Source: a virus (lineage: Duplodnaviria > Caudoviricetes). Taken from it: DNA of 49,648 nt. The notes beneath the pieces were generated by a model. The model was not told the DNA's origin. It ran no database searches and saw only the letters and a program-made list of their open reading frames with translations. Positions 43,721 through 49,648 of this stretch are shown piece after piece (position 1 is the stretch's first letter; the number at the start of each line of letters is the position of its first letter). The position numbers and the translations under genes are program-made. The stretch spans positions 1 to 49,648 of IMG/VR virus record IMGVR_UViG_3300030606_000009; one strand, written 5' to 3'.

Positions 43721-44626
43721 TCATGCCGACTCCGGCTCGTAGAGACGCGGCCGGTCACGGTCGGCCTCTGCCTCGCGCAGGTTGGCGACGGCCGTCTGCC
43801 AATATGACGGCTTGAGCTCACACCCGACGAACCGGCGACCCTCCAAGATGGCCTCGTGGCCTTCCGAGCCGATCCCGGCAAACGGCGACAAGACGAGTTC
43901 GCCAGGGTTTGACCACATGCGCACGACACGGCGGATCAGCCCGAGCTGCAGCGGGGCGATGTGGCGCTCGTCGGCGTCGTCGCGGGCGCTGCGCACGTTC
44001 AGGGTGTCCGACTCGCGGATGTCGTACCAGACCGGACGTGCCCATTCGATCCAGTCCTCGTTGGTGACCCCGTGCTCGACCGGACGGATCGGCGTCTGGT
44101 TGTCGCCCGGTTTGCGGAACAGCAGCAGGTAGTCGGCCATCGCCGGACGGTTGCCGGCGCTGTCACGCCGCAACGTCTGGAACATGAGCGCATGGGCTTT
44201 GGTGCGGATCGCCTGCGCCTGCGGGTCCTTGTCGATGGTGACCTCGCCGTGGAAGATCCAGCCGTCACGTTCATGCTGGCGAATCACGTCTCCGCGGAAG
44301 TCGGTCAACGCGATCACCCCGTGGGTGGCCTTGGTGGTCGACAGTTGTTGGACGTGGACCGCACAGACCCGGCCGGGCTTCATCGTCCGCAGCACCTCGC
44401 GGGACACGTAGCCGTAGTGCTCGAGGAACTGGTCGCGGTCCGACGAGTTCCCGAGGTCACGCAGCGACGGGCTGTAGGTGTAGAGGCTGGCGAACGGCGG
44501 GCTGTAGACGGCCAGATCGACCGACCCCTCGTCAAGCTCGGCGAGACGCTCACACGAGTCGCCAAGCATCAGGCGCCACCCCTCGCCGGTGGCGTCGTCG
44601 GTCACGTACGGCTGCTGCTCATCCAT
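43721..44626 (-). CDS. N4-cytosine/N6-adenine DNA methyltransferase (beta class)
   Basis: GDS, YSPPF catalytic motif, HIAPLQL, VLSPFAGIGSEG SAM motif, GCELK. Confidence 0.92.
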   Translation of the reverse strand: MDEQQPYVTDDATGEGWRLMLGDSCERLAELDEGSVDLAVYSPPFASLYTYSPSLRDLGNSSDRDQFLEHYGYVSREVLRTMKPGRVCAVHVQQLSTTKATHGVIALTDFRGDVIRQHERDGWIFHGEVTIDKDPQAQAIRTKAHALMFQTLRRDSAGNRPAMADYLLLFRKPGDNQTPIRPVEHGVTNEDWIEWARPVWYDIRESDTLNVRSARDDADERHIAPLQLGLIRRVVRMWSNPGELVLSPFAGIGSEGHEAILEGRRFVGCELKPSYWQTAVANLREAEADRDRPRLYEPESA

Positions 44627-45965
44627 CGTGTGCTCCGTTCAGGTTGACGCGGGCCGCAATCTCGTCGACCAGCCACCCGGCCTGCTCGGCCTTGGCTGCC
44701 ACGTTGTCGACGATCTGTGTTTCAAGTTCGGAAACGACCACATGGACCTCGACGGGGTGCGCCTGCCCGTACCGCCAGCAGCGGCGGACCGCCTGGTAGA
44801 ACTGCTCGAAACTGTCTCCGAGGCCGCAGAACACCATCCGGTGGCACTGCTGGAAGTTCATCCCGAACCCGGCGATGGTCGGCTTGGTGACCAGCACCCG
44901 CACATTGCCGTCCTGGAATGCCTCGAGCGCCGCCGCCTTGTCGTCGGGGGACCACGAGCCCTCCACGTTGACCGCGTCGTCACCTAGCAGCCGGGTGACG
45001 GTCGACGCCTCGTCGTTCAGCGCGCACCACACGATCGCCTGCTCGTCCCCCTCCGCCAGCTCGGCGGCACGACCGGCACGAGAGTCCAATGTTTCGCGGC
45101 GGACCTTGGCCCTCCCGCCGATCCCACCCAGATCGGTCGGGAACAGTTGCCCGTCCGATTCGAGCTCGACGTCGACCACGTCGGGTTTGACGGTCAGGGG
45201 CGGCAGGTCGTAGCCGTCGTCGGGCCAGCCGATGTCGGACGGACGGCGCATGGCGACCGCCCAAGTCGCCATCCAGTCACACAGCGGCCCGCGGGCGTGG
45301 CCTTTGAGCCGCCACCCTTCGTCGTCGTGGACGAACCATGCGGCCAGCGCCTCGTTGCGTGGCATCAGCCCCAACCATTCGATGTGGTTGACGATCTCCG
45401 CCACGTCGTTGGGTGCCGGGGTCGCAGTGCAGGCCAGCCGGTACGGGACAGACTGGCAGGCTTCTGTGACGTGCCGTCGCGTCTTGGAGTCCACGTTCTT
45501 CAGGATCGACGACTCGTCAAGCACGACCGCCTGGAAGTCGGAGCAGTCGATGCGGTCCAGCATCTCGTAGTTGGTGATCCACAGCCCGTCGCCGGCGGCC
45601 GGGTGCTCGCGTGTGTAGGTCACGTCCACGTCGATGCGTGCGGCCTCACGGACCGTCTGACGGGCGACCGACAAGGGCGCGACGATCAGGGCGCGGTCGG
45701 CGACGAGACGTGCCCACTCGACCTGCTGGAACGTCTTCCCGAGCCCGCAGTCCTCAAACAGTGCTGCCCGTCCACGCTCGACAGCCCAGCGGGTGACGGC
45801 GTTCTGCCAGTCGTGGAGGATCGGGTGGACATCGGAGGCCGCTACGGACGGGCCGGCCGAGCGTTGTTGCCGCTGCTTGCCGGCAATGAATGCGCCGTAG
45901 TCGGTCCCGTCTGGCCGGCCCTGGCAAAGGCTCGCACGCTCGAACACCAGATCACGCACCGTCAT
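44619..45965 (-). CDS. SF2 (SNF2-like) helicase
   Basis: DCGLGKT, LDESS, CTATP, GFGMNFQ, QAVRRCWRYGQ. Confidence 0.92.
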   Translation of the reverse strand: MTVRDLVFERASLCQGRPDGTDYGAFIAGKQRQQRSAGPSVAASDVHPILHDWQNAVTRWAVERGRAALFEDCGLGKTFQQVEWARLVADRALIVAPLSVARQTVREAARIDVDVTYTREHPAAGDGLWITNYEMLDRIDCSDFQAVVLDESSILKNVDSKTRRHVTEACQSVPYRLACTATPAPNDVAEIVNHIEWLGLMPRNEALAAWFVHDDEGWRLKGHARGPLCDWMATWAVAMRRPSDIGWPDDGYDLPPLTVKPDVVDVELESDGQLFPTDLGGIGGRAKVRRETLDSRAGRAAELAEGDEQAIVWCALNDEASTVTRLLGDDAVNVEGSWSPDDKAAALEAFQDGNVRVLVTKPTIAGFGMNFQQCHRMVFCGLGDSFEQFYQAVRRCWRYGQAHPVEVHVVVSELETQIVDNVAAKAEQAGWLVDEIAARVNLNGAHDG

Positions 45966-46348
45966 GGGCCACGCTCCGGCCCGACTCTCGCGAACTCCGC
46001 TTCGACCCGCTCCGCATTGACGATCGTCTGGATCGAGCTCAGCTGCTGACGCCTTGACCGCAACGCCTCCAGCGCAGCCAGCTTCTCCGCCTCCGCCAAG
46101 TCACGGGTCAACCGCAGGTCGGCCGACTCGGCGTCAACCCACGCTTCCTTCGCCTTCGCCGTCGCGCACGCCCACTTCTCCCACTCCAGCCCGACGCAGA
46201 AAACCCGTCCATGGCCTGCGTCACGCAGCCCCTCATCCCAACCGCCGGGCCCCGCGAACAGATCGACCACACGACTATCGGCCGGTGCTGGACGGTCGGC
46301 CACGGCAGAGCCCGCCGACCGTCCAGCATGACGATCACCCGGGCTCAT
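45962..46348 (-). pseudogene. Chimera: C5-cytosine methyltransferase N-terminal fragment fused to an unrelated coiled-coil C-terminus
   Basis: VVDLFAGPGGWDEG...GLEWEKWACAT (motifs I-II) with no catalytic PC motif, then KEAWVDAESADLRL... Confidence 0.7.
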
Positions 46349-46685
46349 CACTGCCATCTTCCCCCGGCGGCAGTTCACCGCTCGGCACAGCAGCTTCTCC
46401 CGAGGAGCGGCCCCGACCTTCCGTCTGCCAGGCGACAGACGAAACTTCACACAGGTGTGGCGGCACCCAGCCGATGTCGCGCAGCGGCACACCGACCGTC
46501 GGGACATTCGCAGTGGGCCCGAGAGAAAGCGCTTCACGGCCCTTCGACGTCAGACGCAACGTCCGCGTGTGACCGTCAGCGTTCGACCGGTGCCGCTGCG
46601 GGTAGCGCGCCCGCTCGTAATGGACCTTGCAGAACCCTCGGGCATGCCGCGGCCTGTCGCAACCCTCCGTGATGCACGTCTCCAC
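46335..46685 (-). CDS. Zinc-finger protein fused to an 'LTxxGREAL' domain
   Basis: CITEGC...RGFCKVHY, then TLRLTSKGREALSLGP...PTVG. Confidence 0.55.
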   Translation of the reverse strand: METCITEGCDRPRHARGFCKVHYERARYPQRHRSNADGHTRTLRLTSKGREALSLGPTANVPTVGVPLRDIGWVPPHLCEVSSVAWQTEGRGRSSGEAAVPSGELPPGEDGSDEPG

Positions 46686-46705
46686 GATCTGTCCCCAGCC
46701 CACGA

Positions 46706-47134
46706 CTAATCCACGACCCGACGCAACTCCGATGCCTGCTCACGCTTGCCCACCAGCCGATAGACACCCGGCCCGATCCCGTTGCAGCCGTGCTCATCTT
46801 CATGGATGAGGTACGCCACAGAACCCTCCTGCACCTCGACAGCACCAAGCAGCACCTCGCCGTCTTGCGTGGCGGGCACCCAGAGCACGTCGCCGTCAGC
46901 GTTGAGCCAGTGCGTGTTTGCGCCCGTCGCTGCCTCTCCGCGGACGACAGCAATGCCCTCGGCCGGGACGATCACCGCGTCGCTTCTCTCGGCATCGGTG
47001 AGGCGCTGGCGAGGGAAGACGCCGACGTCACCTTGACGCTGGGGACCCGTCAGCACGGGTACCTCTGCATCTGCGATCAGGCCGGCTGGCAACCTGACAC
47101 CGTGACGTGCGAGGACGGACTGGAATGTGTTCAT
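46706..47134 (-). CDS. 'RQGDV' family protein, copy 2
   Basis: QRQGDV, VVRGEAATGANTHWL, HEDEH, GIGPGVYRLVGKREQ, RRVVD. RBS GGAG. Confidence 0.85.
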   Translation of the reverse strand: MNTFQSVLARHGVRLPAGLIADAEVPVLTGPQRQGDVGVFPRQRLTDAERSDAVIVPAEGIAVVRGEAATGANTHWLNADGDVLWVPATQDGEVLLGAVEVQEGSVAYLIHEDEHGCNGIGPGVYRLVGKREQASELRRVVD

Positions 47135-47413
47135 GGAGTCTCCATTCGGTGGGACTGGTTGTTGACGATCCGCCAGATCGTCGTGGCCGAGACACCGAAC
47201 CGACGGCCGAGAGAAGCGCGGGTAGCGCCAGCCTCCGACTGCCAGCCACACCTCGGGGGCCGCCCACCGGACAGACACGACCGGACGGGATGCGAAGGCT
47301 GCGGCCATCACAGCCCGTACGTCCGGCTGGACGACCAGCGTCGGGGGCGGCTTGGGCTCCGGCGTTCCCGACAGAGCCACGACCGCGCAGGCTGCAAGGG
47401 CTGCCGTCCTCAA
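47131..47413 (-). pseudogene. Deletion scar: Rpf-like N-terminus joined to an HTH C-terminal remnant
   Basis: LRTAALAA...PKPPPTLVVQPDVRAVMAAA resembles the 40692 gene N-terminus. Another frame reads SLGRRFGVSATTIWRIVNNQSH...* overlapping ATG 47134. Confidence 0.65.
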
Positions 47414-47637
47414 CTCCGACCGCCTTCTTCGAGAACGGCCCACAGCCGGTCCTTGAACTCGGTGACGACCCGCTGGCGTGCGATCACGTCGTCGAAGTTG
47501 GCCAGCATCGGCTCGACCTTGACAACTCCCTTGATCATCGCGATCGCGGCGACGACACGGTCCGCTCCGGTCACCTCGTCGCCGAGGCGCAGATCATCCG
47601 ACAGGTGAACCAGCAGTGCCTTCGCCCGGTCAGTCAT
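47410..47637 (-). CDS. Hypothetical protein
   Basis: AIAMIKGVVKVEP motif. ATGA overlap. Confidence 0.7.
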   Translation of the reverse strand: MTDRAKALLVHLSDDLRLGDEVTGADRVVAAIAMIKGVVKVEPMLANFDDVIARQRVVTEFKDRLWAVLEEGGRS

Positions 47638-48287
47638 CGCCGCTCCCCCGCAAGCACAGCACGTTCGAGTTCGGTTAGATCCCAGACGCCGTAGATGGCG
47701 TACAGATCGCCGCCGACATGCCGCAGCAGGACTGGATCGACCGGAGGCCTTGAGACCCGTTCCCATTCGTCGACCTCCCACAGAATCTCGTAGTTGCGCA
47801 GATGATGGACAGGTCGAAGGTCGGGCGGGACCATCGGGACCATCGCCCGCCGACCGGTTGACCCTGTCCACGAGTGGTCCAGCCCGTGCTGCTGACGCCA
47901 TCGCTGGTCCTGCCCCCAGTCGCCGGACTCATGCGAGGACAAGGTGCCGGCGTGGAAGTCGTAGTAGCCGTGGATCGCCCGGCGGTGCCGTTCGTCCTTG
48001 TGCCAGAACTGCACCGACCCGTTGACACCACGACGGCCCAGCCAACACCACCGCATGTCGGCCCGCATGATCGCCAGTCTCGGCGTCAAGTCGTCATGCT
48101 CCCCGCCCTCGGAGATTGCCCGACGGATGTCGAGCAGGCCCTCAACCTCAGTGCGGGCCAGCCACCGCAGTCCGCGCTCCACCGACCGGTAGATCGTGTC
48201 GTCCGGGTGGTCCTTGACGGCCTGCCGGTAGCGGCCCAGCTGTTCGATCGCCTCGTCCTGGTCGATGCTGATCGTTGACAGATTCAT
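47634..48287 (-). CDS. Hypothetical protein
   Basis: RBS GAGGAGAGG. MVPMVPP...ILWEVDEW...DPVLLRH...WDLTELE. Confidence 0.8.
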   Translation of the reverse strand: MNLSTISIDQDEAIEQLGRYRQAVKDHPDDTIYRSVERGLRWLARTEVEGLLDIRRAISEGGEHDDLTPRLAIMRADMRWCWLGRRGVNGSVQFWHKDERHRRAIHGYYDFHAGTLSSHESGDWGQDQRWRQQHGLDHSWTGSTGRRAMVPMVPPDLRPVHHLRNYEILWEVDEWERVSRPPVDPVLLRHVGGDLYAIYGVWDLTELERAVLAGERR

Positions 48288-48450
48288 TCTCGGTCCTCTC
48301 CTCGCGATCGTTGTGACCACGCAGATGGGTGGGCATCCAGCCGTCAGGCCGCAACGGCAGTACCACCGTCCCAACCGTCGGCACAGGCCCCAGCCCGAGC
48401 GCCTCACGGCCCTCGTCGGTCAAAGACCACGTCCGGTAGCGGCGGCTCAC
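48148..48450 (-). CDS. 'LTxxGREAL' small protein; 3' end overlaps the next gene
   Basis: TWSLTDEGREALGLGPVPTVG, paralogous to 46335..46685. Confidence 0.5.
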   Translation of the reverse strand: MSRRYRTWSLTDEGREALGLGPVPTVGTVVLPLRPDGWMPTHLRGHNDREERTENESVNDQHRPGRGDRTAGPLPAGRQGPPGRHDLPVGGARTAVAGPH

Positions 48451-48459
48451 TATGCGTTC

Positions 48460-48894
48460 TCAGTCCACGACCCGACGCATCTCGTCGGCCTGCTCCCGCT
48501 TGCCCACCAGCCGGTACACGCCCGGGCCGATCCCGTTGGCGCCATGCTCGTCCGTGTGGACCAGCAGGGCCGCGGCACCCTCCGGAACCGTGACGGTCCC
48601 GTAGCAGAGCGGATCGTCCGAGCCGGGCTGCCAGCCGACCGGACCTTCAAGCGCGTCGAGCATGTGCGTGTTGCCCGTCGCCTCACCCCGCACAACCCGC
48701 ACACCCTGCTTGGGGACCGTCGGGCATCCGTCCGGCAGCACCGGCGGGGCCGGACCGGCCGGGACGATCAGCACGTCGCCCTGCCGCTGCACCCCCGTCA
48801 GCATCGGCACCTCGACCCCCGACAGGTCGACATCCGGCAGACCGATGCCGTGCCGGCCCAGAGCCTCATCAAACGTGATCGTTGCAGAATCCAT
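48460..48894 (-). CDS. 'RQGDV' family protein, copy 1
   Basis: QRQGDV, VVRGEATGNTHML, HTDEH, GIGPGVYRLVGKREQ, RRVVD. RBS GAGGAGG. Confidence 0.88.
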   Translation of the reverse strand: MDSATITFDEALGRHGIGLPDVDLSGVEVPMLTGVQRQGDVLIVPAGPAPPVLPDGCPTVPKQGVRVVRGEATGNTHMLDALEGPVGWQPGSDDPLCYGTVTVPEGAAALLVHTDEHGANGIGPGVYRLVGKREQADEMRRVVD

Positions 48895-48905
48895 GTGCGT
48901 CCTCC

Positions 48906-49648
48906 TCAGGTTGCGCGTTGCATGGTCTTGTAAAGATCCGGGGTCATGTCGTCGCCCCATTGCCAAGCCGCGGCCGACAGAGCGTCCGGCATGTCGGCAG
49001 GAACCGTCTCGGCGAACCGGCGTCGGCTGCCGTCACGGTCCAGCGACGCGTTGTGCATCAGCAGCAGCCGCACCCGCACATCGAACGGCTGCTGGTCGTC
49101 TGGCAGCTCGAACAGTTCGAGCATGTGTCCGGGGTTGCCCGGATCGGCGGCGACGTCGATCGGGGTGAGCCCGAGATGGCTGATCCAGCGGTCCCAGCCG
49201 TACGACTCGATCGCCGCTCGGCGGATCTCGGTGTTCGGTTCGGCCTGGATCGCTTCGACGGTCGGCGTCTCGACGACCCACCGGGGGACACGCAGCCCGT
49301 GCCAGCACCAGAACTCCCAGCCGTCCGCCCAGCCGGCCGCAGGCCCCTGTTCGTTGTGGAGGCGGCCGCTGTTGTCTCGGGTGAGCCGGTCGTGGCGTTC
49401 GCACGCGATCACCAGACCCTGCCACGCCCACCACCAGCCACCCGTGGTGGCCGTGTCGGCCAGCGCGTCAGCCCGCGCCGCCAGCCCTGCCGCCAGCGAG
49501 ACGCCGACGTGCCGCAGGAACGTCTGCCAAGCCGACCAGTAGACGGACCACTCGCCGTACACCAGCCCTCGATGCCACTGAGCCCCGACCTGATCCCTGA
49601 CCTGAGCCCAGACCTGAGCCCAGACCTGATCCCCGACCTGATCCCCGA
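48906..49648 (-). CDS. DUF6745-like protein, C-terminal part
   Basis: QV repeats, then GWWW...ACER...GRLHNEQGPA...WADG...WHG, EPNTEIRRAAIESYG, DGSRRRF...VP...ALSAAAW. Confidence 0.88.
   Translation of the reverse strand, partial: GDQVGDQVWAQVWAQVRDQVGAQWHRGLVYGEWSVYWSAWQTFLRHVGVSLAAGLAARADALADTATTGGWWWAWQGLVIACERHDRLTRDNSGRLHNEQGPAAGWADGWEFWCWHGLRVPRWVVETPTVEAIQAEPNTEIRRAAIESYGWDRWISHLGLTPIDVAADPGNPGHMLELFELPDDQQPFDVRVRLLLMHNASLDRDGSRRRFAETVPADMPDALSAAAWQWGDDMTPDLYKTMQRAT
49579..49648. repeat. Continuation of the 12-bp tandem repeat (about 6 units)
   Basis: Same GACCTGAxCCxx unit as 1-330. Confidence 0.97.

Noticed and set aside
332-49542. Numerous long plus-strand ORFs (e.g. 30672..33188, 8662..10227)
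   Set aside because: Antisense shadows of high-GC minus-strand genes, with no motifs or RBS and Arg/Pro/Ser-rich composition.

Overview
The window looks like an essentially complete, circularly permuted ~49.6 kb genome of a high-GC tailed phage (siphovirus architecture). The host is probably in Actinomycetota (inferred from the Rpf-like gene, leaderless promoters and cluster-B-like head module). All credible genes lie on the minus strand. The contig is broken inside a 12-bp tandem repeat within one gene (DUF6745-like) that spans the two ends. Reading right to left: a mosaic early region (SNF2-like helicase, N4/N6 DNA methyltransferase, duplicated 'RQGDV' modules, several deletion scars), an Rpf-like transglycosylase, terminases, portal-MuF fusion, HTH-protease fusion, hexamer- and pentamer-type capsid proteins, tail tube and adaptor. 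Next comes a ~10 kb insertion (Mtd_N fibre, esterase, sigma factor, five glycosyltransferase-type genes, a sulfotransferase-like gene and an FkbM methyltransferase; one transferase carries a LAGLIDADG intein). Then tail genes, the lysis cassette, a replication initiator with internal iterons, helicase loader, HNH, exonuclease and ERF. No integrase, stand-alone repressor, tRNA, CRISPR array or reverse transcriptase was recognised. The leading candidate novel system is an elaborate virion-glycosylation pathway whose likely substrates (both capsid proteins, the tail tube and a minor tail protein) all end in C-terminal serine. The second candidate is the variable QVxx-repeat DUF6745 protein with its duplicated RQGDV partner. 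All family assignments come from motif recognition by eye, not database searches. Many start codons were reassigned from the ORF track using RBS and stop/start overlaps.
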